In this document: positions 34,066 to 47,674 of the stretch, in pieces | Layout of the letters: the number at the start of each line of letters is the position of its first letter | How positions within the stretch are numbered: the first letter of the stretch is position 1 | Origin: Mustelus asterias | Lineage: Eukaryota | NCBI RefSeq assembly: GCF_964213995.1 | Contig: NW_027590427.1 | Span: 62,001 to 126,000 of the forward strand | Direction: 5' to 3' | Length of the DNA: 64,000 nt | The notes under the pieces: model-generated | Seen by the model: only the letters and a program-made list of their open reading frames with translations | Database searches by the model: none | What the model was told of the DNA's origin: nothing | Translations under genes and position numbers: made by a program

Positions 34066-35166
34066 ATGGAGAAACAGTGGAAATGTGTGGATTGTGGGAA
34101 AGGAATCAGTTTCCCATCACAACTGGAAGTTCATCAGCGCAGTCACACTGGGGAGAGACCGTTCACCTGCTCTGTTTGTGGGAAGGGATTCACCCATTCA
34201 TACAACCTTCTGACTCACCAACGGGTTCACACTGGGGAGAGGCCGTTCACCTGCCCTGTGTGTGGGAAGGGATTCACTCGCTCATCCCACATTGTGACAC
34301 ACCAACTTGTTCACACTGATGAGAGACTGTCTCCATGTTCTGACTGTGGGAAGAGTTTTAAATGCAAAAAAGATCTGCTGACGCACCAACGTATTCACAC
34401 TGGGGAGAGACCGTTCACCTGCTGTGTGTGTGGGAAAGGATTCATTCAGTCATCCCACTTGCAGACACATCAACTTGTTCACTCTGATAACAAACTTTTT
34501 AATTGTTCCCACTGTGAGAAGAGCTTTAAAAATAAAAAAGATCTGCTGACGCACCAATATACTCACACTGGGGAGAGGCCATTCACCTGCTGTGTGTGTG
34601 GGAAGGGATTCAGCCATCCATCTGCCCTATTGAACCACCAGAGAATTCACACTAGGGAGAGGCCCTTCACCTGCTCAGACTGTGGGAAGGGATTCATTAA
34701 TTCATCCAACCTTCTGATACACCAGCAACTCCACACAGGGGATCGACCGTTCACCTGCTCTGAATGTGGGAAGGGATTCACCCGTTCATACAACCTTCTG
34801 ACACACCAGCAGGTTCACAGTGAGGAGAGGCCATTCACTTGCTCCGTGTGTGGGAAGGGATTCACTCGTTCATCCAACCTATTGAATCACCAGCGAGTTC
34901 ACACTGGGGAGAGGCCGTTCACCTGCTCCACGTGTGGGAAGGGATTCAGTCAGTCATCCAACGTGCTGACACATCAGAGAGTTCACAGTGGGGAGAGGCC
35001 ATTTACCTGCTCTGTCTGTGGGAAGGGATTTTCTCATTTATCTTATCTTCTGAAACACCAGCGAGTTCACAGTGGGGAGAGGCCGTTCACCTGTAATGTC
35101 TGTGGAAAGGGATTTATTCAGTCATCCCACCTGCTAACACACCGGCGAGTTCACAAGGGACTGTAA
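34066..35166 (+). CDS. KRAB-less poly-C2H2 ZNF protein, 13 fingers
   Basis: Intact 366-aa ORF; caccATGG start; acceptor at 33707; AATAAA at 35261. Confidence 0.9.
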   Translation: MEKQWKCVDCGKGISFPSQLEVHQRSHTGERPFTCSVCGKGFTHSYNLLTHQRVHTGERPFTCPVCGKGFTRSSHIVTHQLVHTDERLSPCSDCGKSFKCKKDLLTHQRIHTGERPFTCCVCGKGFIQSSHLQTHQLVHSDNKLFNCSHCEKSFKNKKDLLTHQYTHTGERPFTCCVCGKGFSHPSALLNHQRIHTRERPFTCSDCGKGFINSSNLLIHQQLHTGDRPFTCSECGKGFTRSYNLLTHQQVHSEERPFTCSVCGKGFTRSSNLLNHQRVHTGERPFTCSTCGKGFSQSSNVLTHQRVHSGERPFTCSVCGKGFSHLSYLLKHQRVHSGERPFTCNVCGKGFIQSSHLLTHRRVHKGL

Positions 35167-36129
35167 GGTTTGGATTCTACACTTATTGATGCTGTTAATC
35201 ATATCCAGGACTGAATCATCTTCATTCTGACTTTTTTCTTCTGTTGAGATTTGATATTCTGAATAAATGTGAAATAGACATTTGATTGAATCATTGTTGT
35301 AGATTTTTGTCTTTTCCATTTGAGTGTTTAACGTCACCAGGCTGGAGCTCAGAAAGGGCAATCTGAGGGAGGATCACACAGTCGGAACAGAACTTCATTC
35401 TTGACCCAGTCCTTCAGGGTCACGCTGAGAGGGACAAACAGCACTTTGGTCTTTTTCGTCACTTTTCACTGACAGCAAAGTCCCCGTGTGGGTGAATCCT
35501 GAGGTGTGTAAAAAATGTGTCCCAGTCGTTCTTTTCCATGGTTCAGAGCTCCTGGACACGGAAAAGAAGCTCCTTTACAACTGTGTTTAGAGTCAGGAAG
35601 AACAACGGTGAATGCTGGAAACGTGCTGACAAAGATTGGTGTAAAACTGGGATCTATTCCTGACTGAGAGTGAAACGGCAGGTTTAGGTTTCCAGACTTA
35701 AAATGAAAAAAAGTCTAAAACATTTTAATGTGTGTGTGTCAGTCCTGGTTTATTGAACAGAAACTGGCTTAAAATAAATTGGTTGAAGTCTGCATTAAAG
35801 TAGCAGCTGGAGATGTTCAAAGGAGCCTGTTAACTGCTGGGACAATTAGACAACAATTTGATTCCCAGATAGAGAAGGAGCTGCAGTGTGTGTCCAAGAA
35901 TTCTCAGTTTTGTTGATGTGTGCTTCCCATACACTATCCTTTTAAATAAACCTCACTCCTATCAGCCTTTAACCATTATAAACAGAACAGAGAGAAGCTG
36001 AGCAGCATCAGAGCCCTGACTGATCATTTAAGAATGAGTGATGTGTTCAGCTGAAGTTTCCTGTTGGTAGTTTTCTGGGTGATCTCCTTATTTTGATCAT
36101 TCTCAGTGACCCCTGGGTGTGAACCTGCT

Positions 36130-36660
36130 CTCCTCTGTTTCAGACATTCACTCACTTAACATCTCCTCTCTCTCAGAAACTCAATCACTTAACATCTCTC
36201 ATCTCTCTAACACTCACTGAACGTCTCTCTCTCTCTCTCTCCAGGCATTCACTCACACCTTACCTTCCATCTCTCTTACACTCTAACCTCGCTCCTCTCT
36301 CACATTCACTTAACCTCTCTCCTCTCAGATACTGTGTTCATCACTTAATGTCTCTCTATCTTTCTTTCAAACACTCACTCATTTAACCTTCCTATTTCAG
36401 ATCTGCTCAAACTTATTCATTGTTTTCTCTCTCTCGTTACCTCTCTCTGAAAAAGCACAAACAAACTTCATCTCTCTTCGCTGTCTGAGAAAACATCTAA
36501 TTGATGGAGATTCAATCCTCTCTGTTTCTCTCTCCCACTTCCTCTGACAGGCCCTGACTCACTTTAAATCTCTTTTCTAATAACCCTCTTTGGAAAAACT
36601 CATTTGTTCTCTAATTCCTCCTCACTTCTCCCAGTGATGACCCTCAGTCCATCTCCCAAT
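36130..36660. repeat. CT-rich low-complexity tract with degenerate cactcacttaacatctctc units
   Basis: Pyrimidine-skewed repeats read directly. Confidence 0.65.
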
Positions 36661-38616
36661 TCAGTGAATGTGTTAAAAGTCCAAATAATCTCCTTTCTTT
36701 ATTGTTTAAAATGGGAATGGAGATGAATATAATGCTGAGACTGGCAGCAATCTGTGTGGTTGTTCTTGATGCTGTCAGAGTGAGTTCACCCTCACAGGAA
36801 GAAAGACTGTTCACGGTGATAACGTCAAACTGACGCTGGCTGTTTCATTCTCAGGTAACACAACTTCCTGTTTCTCTGCTGCCGGTTCCAAACCTCACAT
36901 CTCACTTCTGAGCAGAAAATAAATCCAGGGACCACAATCTGGTGAGAACATCTGTCAATGCGGCCTTTATTTGTACACAGAGTCAGGGCAGAGTCACACA
37001 GATCACATTGTGGTGACATTTACAAATGAGCCTGTTATTTCTGTTCAGAGTTTCCATTCGCAGATAAAACCAGCTGTGTCTGTGGATCAGTTACTGAGTT
37101 CCCTTTGTTCCCTGTAGCTGGGAACTGATAGCCTGCTCCCTTAGATTGTATATCATTCTCTCTGTATTGCTTGTTTCCTCAATTTCTCAGCTTTTATCTT
37201 TGACCTTCCTCATCTTTCTGCTTTTTAAAATCTTCCTCAATTTTTCTCTCAGTCTTTCTGTCTCTCTCTTCCTCTGTAACTTTCTCAGGCTCTGTGTGTT
37301 CCTATTTAATCGAGATGTTCAAAATCATGAAGAGTTTCTGATTGATTATAGAAGGAAAAACAGGGAGAAAAGCAGAAAAACCCGGCAGATCCGGCGGCAT
37401 CTGTTCAGAGAGAAACAGTTAACATTTTGAGTCCATATAATTCTTCAGGGCAGGAAAAACATGGGTTATCCATCTTAGATTAGGGAATGTGATGGGGAGA
37501 TTTAATAGAGATGTTTCAAATGACAAATGATTTATGATAGTGTCAATGGAGAGAAATTATCTCCCAGGAGCACGAGGGTTTGTCGATGGAGAGAATCGAT
37601 TTCCTAGGTGCAGGAGGGTCTGTAAGCAGAGGACTCAGAGATTTATATAATTGACAACAGAACTGGAGGGGGTGATAAGGAGAATGTTTTACACAATAAC
37701 TTGATATGATCTGGAATGCACAAACTGACAGGTGCTCGAAGCAGGTTTAATAGTAACTTTCAAAGGGAATTGGATAAATACTTGCAGAAGGTAAATTGGC
37801 AGAGTTATGGTGAATGGGATTAATTGGACAGTTCACTCATCTTTGTGACATTCTGAATGTTTCTCTCCTAAGGTTTTAATATTTGATCTTTTCGGTAATA
37901 ATGTGTCTCAAACAGAAGATTTAAACACTGAGTTTGATGAGCTGTCAGATCTCTTTCCTGTGTGTCTGTGTAACTTGCGAACTGGAGATAACCATGAGAA
38001 GGAACTGATTATTTTCAGTTCCTCTAACAGATTCCCCTCAGATATCAGAAATCCCTGGAGTTCCCCATGTCCTCATTATTCTCGCCTCGAGTATAACAGC
38101 TCTCAGTCAGGCCGAGTCAGTCACATGTGTCTCTGTCATGATGTTTCCACTTGTATTTTATCACTCACCTCCCAGTGACACTCACCATAACACAGACACC
38201 GTAAAATATCATTGTTCCCTTACACTTTGTCCTCCTATTATAATCAAATGTTTGTTGGGCCTCTTGTCTCCCTTAATGTCAGATTATCTGCAGTTAAAAT
38301 GACCTCAGAGACACTGAAACCGACCTTTCTGATTATTATACCAGACTCCAATCAGCCCCAGGAGCTGCAGTTGTAAAATACAGCAGAATTGGAATAACAG
38401 ACAGGTTATTGTCTGATACTGACAGTGGCAGAGTAACACACACCGGAATCTAAATACGTTATATCAATGGACCATGACTCACTCACACTATCAAATGAAA
38501 CTTAAACTTTGGTTATGGTGCACTAGATACTGACTGTATTACCATTACATTGGATCAAATGCTGTATTCACTAACATACTGCAACGTGACTCTTATTATT
38601 TGAACAAACATTGTAT

Positions 38617-38974
38617 TTGTTACACTCCGAGTAAGTCAGTGCTTTGCTGTGTTGTCTCTGTGCTCCATCCCCACTCTGATTGTACTGGAGCCTGTGTGTG
38701 TCATTGTTACACTCAGAGTAAGTCAGTGCTTTGCTGTGTTGTCTCTGTGCTCCATCCCCACTCTGATTGTATTGGAGCCTGTGTGTGTCATTGTTACACT
38801 CAGAGTAAGTCAGTGCTTTGCTGTGTTGTCTCTGTGCTCCATCCCCACTCTGATTGTATTGGAGCCTGTGTGTGTCATTGTTACACTCAGAGTAAGTCAG
38901 TGCTTTGCTGTGTTGTCTCTGTGCTCCATCCCCACTCTGATTGTATTGGAGTCTGTGTGTGTCATTGTTACACT
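38617..38974. repeat. 87-bp tandem repeat, ~4.1 near-identical copies
   Basis: ttgttacact at 38617, 38704, 38791, 38878 and 38965. Confidence 0.95.
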
Positions 38975-39009
38975 GAGACTCTCTCACTGTGATTATTGGA
39001 CAAGCAGCA

Positions 39010-39430
39010 AGTCACCGTCACAATGCCCGGCTGATTGACGGCAGCGTGGACCAATGGGAAGAGGGGGGGCAGAGCTGGAGGACCGATCTGGAGCGGTTGG
39101 TCCTCCAACCAATAGGAGCGAACGAGGGGCGGGGCCAACTTTGACTCGAGCATGCGCAGTGTGAGTAATGGCGATGGAAAACGGTTTTTATTTTGGGCTC
39201 GGAAATCTGTTCGAGGTGATTGGCGTTACGGAGAAAGCAATGGATCGTCCAGGTGGGTGGAAACGCTGCGTAAGCATGTTGTGAGAGTCGCAAAATGCGG
39301 AAGAGAGCTTCCCGGACCCAGTTTGCACCGAGCAGGACTGCAGCTCCTCATGTTCGTCCCGGGTTAACGTTCGCCATCTTTATTGGGGGCAATATGCAGC
39401 AGTGCGCACGTGCGGCCGCCATGTTTGTAG
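39010..39430 (+). promoter_or_regulatory. CpG-island promoter of the 41077 ZNF gene
   Basis: Two CCAAT boxes, ggggcgggg, gcatgcgca, YY1-like cgccatctt and gccgccatg; the core is an inverted paralogue of 32920-33058. Confidence 0.75.
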
Positions 39431-39579
39431 AGGGCAATGTTGTCAATCAGTGGGAGGAGCTTGTTCCCCAGTGTTCAGAATGGAGACAACTTGTCCATCA
39501 AACTGCATCAACCCTCTGAGTCCCAATGTCTTATTGATGAGGCAGAGCGGTGACAGAGAAGGAAAATGAAAGGGAAAGT

Positions 39580-39853
39580 AAAACAGTAAATGCTGGAAAA
39601 TCTCAGCAGATCTGACATCATAGAACATAGAACATAGAACATAGAAAGTCACAGCACAAACAGGCCCTTCGGCCCACAAGTTGCGCCGATCACATCCCCA
39701 CCTCTAGGCCTATCTATAGCCCTCAATCCCATTAAATCCCATGTACTCATCCAGAAGTCTCTTAAAAGACCCCAACGAGTTTGCCTCCACCACTCATCTG
39801 TGGAGAGAGAATAGAACCAACGTTTCGAGACTGGATGACCCATAGTCAGAGCT
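39580..39853 (-). mobile_element. Penelope-like fragment interrupted by a young CR1 3' end (~39618-39793)
   Basis: gctggaaaatctcagcagatctgac...atctgtggagagagaatagaaccaacgtttcgag split by a CR1 end with a (catagaa)n tail. Confidence 0.7.
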
Positions 39854-39964
39854 TGTACACGTGTAAACAGAGCACGTAAACTTTGACACCTCCATGTACC
39901 CTTGTACACCTCTATCAATCTACTTTGCTCCAAGGAGAACAACCCCAAGTTATCCAGCCTAACA

Positions 39965-40328
39965 TTGAGGTGTATAAAATTCTGAGGGGCACAGATAGGG
40001 GGGATAGAAAGGAACTTTTCTCTTTAGTCGAGAGGTCAATAACCAGGGGCCTGGATTTAAGTTCAGGGGCAGGAGGATTATAGAAGATGTGAGGGAAAGC
40101 TTTTTCACTCAGACGGTGATGGGAATCTGGAACTCACTGCCTGAAAGGGTGGTAGAGGTGGGAATCATCATCACATTTAAGAAGAATTTAGATAAGCTCT
40201 TGAAATGCCATAGCATACAAGGTTACGCACCAAGTGTGGAAAATGGGATTAGAATAGAACGGTGCTTGATGGCCGGCACAAACATGATGGGCCGAAGGGC
40301 CTCTTTCCATGCTGTAAAACTCTATGAT
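39965..40328 (+). mobile_element. CR1 3' fragment
   Basis: IEVYKILRG...ESFFTQTVMGIWNSLPERVVE and tail. Confidence 0.8.
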
Positions 40329-41076
40329 CACCCACATTGGCAGCAAGTTCAATATCATCATCAATCACAACCCCCCCTGTATCTTCACTAACTGAAACAA
40401 TCCATTTAAAAACATTCTTAGTCAAGAATGTAGCCATACTTCTGTTAGACTGGCAGTCTGCATGGAGATTTTCAGCTCTCTGTGTCCAGGACAGGAAGCA
40501 GTGAGCATGGATCTGTCAATCAGCCTCAATCAGCACCTTCAGGAGGATTGGGAGGGTGAATATTAGATACAGCAGAGTGAGAATGGAGGGAGAGTGTGTG
40601 GGATGGAGATTTACAGCTTTTGGGGACTGAGAGGGGAAAGAATGTTCCATAGAAACTAGAATTGTCTGTTCTGAATTTCTATCCTGTACTGACTGTGATG
40701 ATTTTTGTAAATTGTTTTTACAGGATATTAGAAGAGGAATCACACTGATAAATCTTAACTATCACATCTCGATCTGACAGAGTCACTCGATTCCTTGGAA
40801 ACTAAATATCCTCAGCCTCTGAATGGGAAGGAGAAATGTTTGACCGGTCTGTCCACTGCAAGATTTTAAGCAGCAGTGTGACTGGAAAAACACCGGGACA
40901 CAAACACACACCTGAGTGAGAGTGTTCCAGTGCACTGACAGTGGAAAGAGCTTTAACCAGTTACACAGCCTGAAAATACATTGCAGCATTCACAGCAGGG
41001 AGAGACTGTACCCGTGTTCTCTGTGTGGACAAGGCTTCAAATGGTTGACCTGCAATGATACAAGGAGACCGACAAT

Positions 41077-41919
41077 ATGGAAAAACCATGGAAATGTGAG
41101 GACTGTGGGAAGAGATACAAAGCGCCCTCTCTACTGGAAGCTCATCGGCGCAGCCACACTGGGGAGAGGCCGTTCACCTGCTGGGTGTGTGGGAAGGGAT
41201 TCACTGATTCATCCACTCTGCAGAGACACCAGCAAGTTCACACTGGTGAGAGTGCATTCACCTGCTGTCAGTGTGGGAAGGGATTTACTCAGATATCAAG
41301 CCTGCAGACGCACCAGCGAGTTCACACTGGGGAGAGGCCATTCACCTGCTCTCAGTGTGGGAAGGGGTTCAGTAAGTCATCCAACCTACAGAAACACCAG
41401 CGTGTTCACACAGGAGAGAGGCCATTCAGCTGCTCTGCATGTGGCAAAAGATTCACTCAGTTATCTCATCTGCGGGCACACCAGCGAGTTCACACTGGGG
41501 AGAGACCATTCACTTGCTCTCAGTGTGGGAAGGGATTCACTCAATTGTACAGCCTGCAGACACACCAGCGAGATCACACTGGGGAGAGACCATACAGCTG
41601 CTTTCAGTGTGGGAAGGGATTCATTCATTTATCAAACCTGCAGACACACCAGCGAGTTCACACTGGGGAGAGGCCATTCACCTGCTCTCAGTGTGGAAAG
41701 GGATTCACTCAGTTATCTAATTTGCGGAGACACCAGCGAGTTCACTCTGGAGAGAGGCCATTCACCTGCCCCGTGTGCGGGAAGGGATTCACTCGGTTAT
41801 CCACCCTGCAATCACACCAGCGAGTTCACACCGGGGAGAGACTGTTCATCTGCTCTCAGTGTGGGAAGGGATTCTGTGATTCATCCACCCTGCTGACACA
41901 CCAACAAATTCACAAGTGA
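41077..41919 (+). CDS. KRAB-less poly-C2H2 ZNF protein, 10 fingers; older paralogue of the 24022 and 56341 genes
   Basis: Intact 280-aa ORF; acceptor at 40723; 3' flank colinear with 24861-25550. Confidence 0.9.
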   Translation: MEKPWKCEDCGKRYKAPSLLEAHRRSHTGERPFTCWVCGKGFTDSSTLQRHQQVHTGESAFTCCQCGKGFTQISSLQTHQRVHTGERPFTCSQCGKGFSKSSNLQKHQRVHTGERPFSCSACGKRFTQLSHLRAHQRVHTGERPFTCSQCGKGFTQLYSLQTHQRDHTGERPYSCFQCGKGFIHLSNLQTHQRVHTGERPFTCSQCGKGFTQLSNLRRHQRVHSGERPFTCPVCGKGFTRLSTLQSHQRVHTGERLFICSQCGKGFCDSSTLLTHQQIHK

Positions 41920-42419
41920 ATATGGGGATTAGATTCTGCTGTTATTGTTTCTGCTCTCAATTACATCCAGGACTGCATTTTGTTCATTCTCACAGTTGGC
42001 CAATGGGGAGGGTCAGAGGGTTTCTTTCTGCTGGACTGGCCGGTCTCATGACTTTGCCTCCAGTGGGCTGATGCTCTTTGAGTCTTGTTGCGAATACCTG
42101 GTTTTAAATTTCACAAGGATCACAGAGGGACAGGGTGTTAGGAAGTTCAGAGATATTTCATCAGCATTTCTGTTTGAAATCCCCCAAATGCCCATCCAAT
42201 TTCCTTTGTAATTGTTTATTGTCTCCACTTCCTCCACCCTCGTAGGCAGCGAGTTCCAGGTCATTACCATTCACTGCATCAAAATATTCTTCCTCACATC
42301 CCCCCCCCGCCCCCCCTGCATCTCTGACCCAAAACCTTCAATCTATGTCCCCCTTGTCCCATCAGCTAATGGGAACAGCTTTTCTTTGTCCACCTTATCT
42401 AAACCTGTCAGAATCTTGT

Positions 42420-42770
42420 CATAGAAATTTCCATAGATCATAGAAACCCTACAGTGCAGAAGGAGGCCATTCAGCCCATCGAGTCTGCACCGACCACAAT
42501 CCCACCCAGGCCCTACGCCCACATATTTACCCACTAATCCCTCTAACCTATGCATCCCAGGACTCTAAGGGGCAATTTTTAACCTGGCCAATCAACCTAA
42601 CCCGCACATCTTTGGACTGTGGGAGGAAACCAGAGCACCCGGAGGAAACCCACGCAGACACGAGGAGAATGTGCAAACTCCACACAGACAGTGACCCGAG
42701 CCGGGAATCGAAACCGGGACCCTGGAGCTGTGAAGCAGCAGTGCTAACCACTGTGCTACCGTGCCGCCCT
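42420..42770 (-). mobile_element. Full-length young HE1 SINE
   Basis: Complete head, V-domain and tail; absent at the paralogous site ~25353. Confidence 0.9.
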
Positions 42771-42979
42771 CTATCCACCTCTATCAAATCTCCCCTCAAC
42801 CTCCTTTCCTCCAAGGGGAACAACCCCAGCCTGACATCGACAATAAAGAACAAACTAACAGAATATGTTAATACCTGAAATCAAATGGGATTGTTTAATT
42901 TCTGTTTTAAAGATATTGTCAATATATTGTCCTGGACAATAAAGGAATTTGAATAACTCACCTTGGGTGTGGGTGAAAT

Positions 42980-43680
42980 GTGTTATGATCCAGGTCAGAA
43001 ATCCAAGGTGTTTTACAAAGTCAGCCGAGCCATAAGATTTGCACTCGAGTGAGTGTAAGATGTTTCACTCCAGGTACGATTTAAGTGACCCACTAGGAAG
43101 CTTTTATCAAACAAAGTTAATTTAAGAACACAGTTAAAATATAATTAGAAAATATAGCATAACTTTTACCAATTGCAATAAAAAGCAACCATGATCTTTC
43201 TTATATCAACCAGTGCAGCTTAGTGTTCCAAATCAAATAATCCCTACAAATATACACCCCATTCTAGGCTTTGCACAGAAAGCAGGTATGCTCACGTGAT
43301 GCTGGATTTGGCAGCTTTTTAACACCTGCTGTGAATTCGCCCTTAAAATGTTGAATTCAAACTCTGCCTTCCCAGTCCTGGAACTTCCAGCATCGAGAGA
43401 GAGAGAGACTGCTTGCTTCTATCTTCCAGCTACCAACTCAGAGGCAGCAGAATTTTCACTCTGGAGAGAGAGACGACAAACACTGCTTTCAGTTTGCAGT
43501 CCAGACAGCTTGTGACAAAATGAAACTAAAACTTTCTCCTGTTAAGAAAAACTGTCCAAAGACAGCACTGACCTTTCAATCAGGTTCCACCCAACAATTC
43601 CAAAAGGATCATAAAACGCCAGGTCACTGTATTAGCCCAGGCTCAAAATAAACAAGATGCCCATTATATTGCTTTATTAT
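42980..43680 (-). mobile_element. Possible LTR-like insertion
   Basis: Begins tgttatga where homology to ~25550 stops; GA-repeat core typical of solo LTRs, but no PBS or TSD identified. Confidence 0.3.
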
Positions 43681-43683
43681 ATT

Positions 43684-44002
43684 CATAGAATAGAATCCCA
43701 ACAGTACAGAAGGAGGCCATTCAGCCTATCGAGCCTGCACTGACAATAATCCCAGCCTTTCTCCGTAACCCCAACTGTTTACCCTGCTAATCCCCCGAAA
43801 CTAGGGTCAATTTAGCATGGCCAATCAACCCAACCCACACATCTTTGGACTGTGGGAGGAAACCGGAGCACCTGGAGGAAACTCATGCAGACACGGGGAG
43901 AACGTGCAAACTCCGCACAGACAGTGACCCAAGCCAGGAATCAAACCTGGATCCCTGGTGCTGTGAGGCAGCAGTGCTAACCACTGTGCCACCGTGCCGC
44001 CC
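43684..44002 (-). mobile_element. HE1-like SINE
   Basis: Head gggcggcacggtggcacag, V-domain and tail. Confidence 0.85.
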
Positions 44003-46409
44003 TAGTTTAATTCTAACTCATTCTGAGTAAATATTCTCACCAGGTTCTCTGTCAGGACCCTGCTAAGCAGCTTTAATGGTCCGTGATTGCAGAAACTGAG
44101 CAGTCACAGGAATGTGGTCAAGATAGTCCAGTCCCATAATGCCTCACATTCAATCTGCTGTCCTTCAATTATAACATAATATGTGGCTGTATGTAGCTAC
44201 CTCGGCCATGGTCAACCCCAACACTGCCTTCTTGAACTGCTACAATGCCTGAGGTGTAAGTACACCCACAGTGCTGTTAGGGAGGGATTTCCAGCTACAC
44301 ATTCCAAAAATAAAATCCCATCTCCCCCTCTGACTCACTTTCTGTTAAAGAGCCTGCCAACCCCTCTCACCCACTTTCCCTAAAGTGCATCAATCTCATC
44401 AGGAAAAGTCCAGAACAATCAAATATTTTTACTGATAAAAGTTTATTAATGAAACAGAACATGGTTAAAACAAACAGAAAATGACTTGAGGATCAAAGAC
44501 AACCAGAGTAAAAGGATATTCACAATGTTCTGGACACAAATCGTGTTTCTTCAGCTCCTCCGTACCCTGTTCCTGTGACTCCCCGCTTTGAACACAGGGA
44601 CACTGAACCCAGGGTCACGTCACCATCAGCCTCGGCGATCCCCTCCCGAGCCCCGATTGGTTGGAGGCCCATTTCCCAGTCAGTCCTCCAGCACCTTCCT
44701 GTCTCTCTATTAGTGCGACGCCCAGGGCAGTTTCCCAACTGGGGTGCAGGCACCGTTCATCTCAGCAAAATTCAGCCCTCAGCTCCGTCGCCTGGCTGTC
44801 ATTGACACGAGCAATAGAGAGACAGAAAGGTGCCCCAGGCTCAAATGGGAAATCAAAACTTGTGTCTCTAAGCCAACACTTCAACATTTGCCAGTCAAAT
44901 CCATGGGAGCTTTTATGATGAGATTAATTGAAGTGTTCGGCTAGTCAGCAAGCTCGAGAAGCACTGATTCCAGATTGTTCAATACTTCTACCTTGAATCA
45001 CAAAAGCTTCTCACTTTATCCCCTTCCTGAACTGAATTCCATCATCCTGAGCAGCTGTGGGTGTCACCTCTCTGTGTAAACTCCTGCCCCTTTTTATAAG
45101 GCTCTCTCATTCCTTATTGTGGGTCAATTCTTTAATGGTTGAGGATCGCTCTGTGATGCAGTGAGTGTTTATCCGGTCAATCAATGTTTCTGATGTCAGT
45201 CGGAACGTCCATCGTTACTTTTCACCTGTTTCTTACTCTGTGTTTTATAAAAATAAAGTTTATAAACTTTTACAGAATGGTCAGCTTTAAGGTTTCTGTA
45301 GTTCGTGATGAGGTCATCCAAAGGTCAAAGCCTTTCTCTTTTCTCCTTCCTGTTTAACTGAGGGTTGTGTGGAATATTCCACTCAGGGGGAGGTGGTGGG
45401 AATGTCGCTGGCCGAGTAATGCAGAGACCCAGCAAAGGATCTGGGGACAGGCAGCTGGTGGGATTTGAATTCAGTGAATCAATCTGGAATTATATAAAGT
45501 TAGTGTCAGAAACGGTGACCATGAAACTTTCATAGATTGTTGTAAAAACCTGTCCGGTTCACCCTATTAATGCTCCCTATTAGGGAAGGAAATCTGCCAT
45601 CCTTACCCGGTCTGGCCTACATGTGAATCCAGACCCACACAGCGATGTGGGTGACTCTTAACTGTCCCTCTGAGATGGCTGAGCAAGTCACTCCGTTCAG
45701 GGGCAATTAGGAGCTGAGCAACGTGTGCTGGGGCTTTGCCAGCAGTGTCCACATCCCAGGAAAGAATAAAGAATATTCCAGGGAAAGTGATGGGTGATTT
45801 GAAATGAATTGAAAGTAGGTCAGGAGGTGTTCGTACCGTCCAGAGCTGCTTTTCAGTGGATCCTCCTGTTTAAAATAAAAACACATCAGTGTGTCCCTTT
45901 CCCAGACACAGTTGACCTTGGAATATCACAATGCTGTTTTTAAACATTCCTTTGTTAAAGAATCAGTCATTTAGAATTGTGAAACAGACAGAAATTAAAT
46001 GTTCCGTTTTTCCTGGGATCCTCCTGTGCCTGGCACTGGTGTCCTGAACAAGGTTATTAACATTCTCTGGGTTAAAGGTTCCTCCTGGTTCTTGCTGTCT
46101 GTTGTGTCCTTTGTCACAGTCTGTACCAGGACATTTCTATTGAAAGGTTGTTGAGAAATTCCAGTGAATTCCAGCCCCTTGTGTAACGTTCCATTTGGTG
46201 TGTGTCAGATTCAGAGATGTCCACGTGTGTGTGAAAAGGGTTCTGGGTAAGGGTTTTAACCCTTCTTTCCCCGTTAGTAACAATGAGCCCTGTATTCAAT
46301 TCTAAAGTATAAAGTCCTCATTAGATATCAATTCTACCTGTTATCTACATTTCACCAACCAGTCTATATTTTCATCACAGGACTGCAGTGGGAGCACCGT
46401 CAACATCTT

Positions 46410-47588
46410 ACTAACTTGATTGATTTTATCGAGGAGGTGACGAAGGTGATCGATGAGGGTAGAGCAGTGGATGTTGTGTACATGGATTTTAGTGAGGCTT
46501 TCAACAAGGTCCCTCATGGTCGGCTCATCCAGAAGATTAAGATGCATGGGATTCACGGTGACTTGGCCGCTTGGATTCAGAATTGACTTGCCCATAGAAA
46601 TCAGAGAGTAGTGGTGGAGGGTGTTTTTCTGGCTAGAGGTCCATGACTAGTGGTGTTCTGCAGGGATCTGTACTGGGACCTGCGCTATTTGTGATATATA
46701 TAAATGACTTGGATGAAAACGTGGATGGGTGGGTTAGTAAGCTTGCAGACGACACAAAGCGAGATGGAGTTGTAGATAGTGTAGAAGGTTGTCAAAGGAT
46801 ACAGTGGGATGTAGATCAGCTGCAGATATGAGCGGAGAAATGGCAGATGGATTTCAATCCGGGCAAGTGTGAGGTGCTGCACTTTGGGAGATCAAATATT
46901 AAGGATAAGTATACAGTTAATGTACAGAGGGATCTTGGGGTTCAAGTCCAGAGCTCCCTGAAATTAGCCACACAAATATTTATCGGTAAAGAAGGCATAT
47001 GGCATGCTTGCCTTTATTGAGTACCAGAGTCAGCATGCCATGTTGCAGCTTTATAAAACTTTGTTTGGGCCGCACTTAGAATATTGTGTTCAATTCTGGT
47101 CGCCACATTACAGAAAGGATGCAGAGGTTTTGATGAAGATGCAGAAGAGGTTTCCCAGGATGCTGCCTGGATTGGAGGGTGTGAGCGACTGACAAACGAG
47201 GGTTGTTTTCTCGATAGCGGTGGAGGGTGAGGGGAGACCTGATAGCAGTCTACAAAATGAGACATAGAATCTTTTCCCCCAGAGTTGATATGTCTAATAC
47301 CAGGGGACATGCACTTAAGGTGAGATGGGGAAAGTTCAAAGGAGATGTGAGAGGTAAGGTTTTTTACACAGAGAGTGGTAGGTGTCTGGAATGCGCTGCT
47401 AGGAGTGGTGGTGGAGGCAGATACGATAGGGACGTTTAAGGGGGTTTTAAATAAGCACATGAATATGTGAGGAATAGAGGAATATGGACCAAGGGCAGGC
47501 AGAAAGGAATAGTTTAATTTGGCATCATGTTCGACACAACATGGTGGGCTGAAGGGTCTGTTCCTGTGCTGTACTGTTCTACGTTCTA
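46410..47588 (+). mobile_element. Degenerate CR1 (paralogue of 1350-2527)
   Basis: Same lesions as copy A. Confidence 0.9.
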
Positions 47589-47674
47589 TTTGTGATCTCC
47601 ATTTAGAAAAAGGAAATAGAGGCACTGGAGAAGGGGCAAGAAAGATTCACAAGAATAATCCCAGAACTGTAATC

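Noticed and set aside
12818-38974. 82-, 30-, 28- and 87-bp arrays as CRISPR-like loci
   Set aside because: They are head-to-tail repeats with no unique spacers, in eukaryotic DNA with no cas genes.
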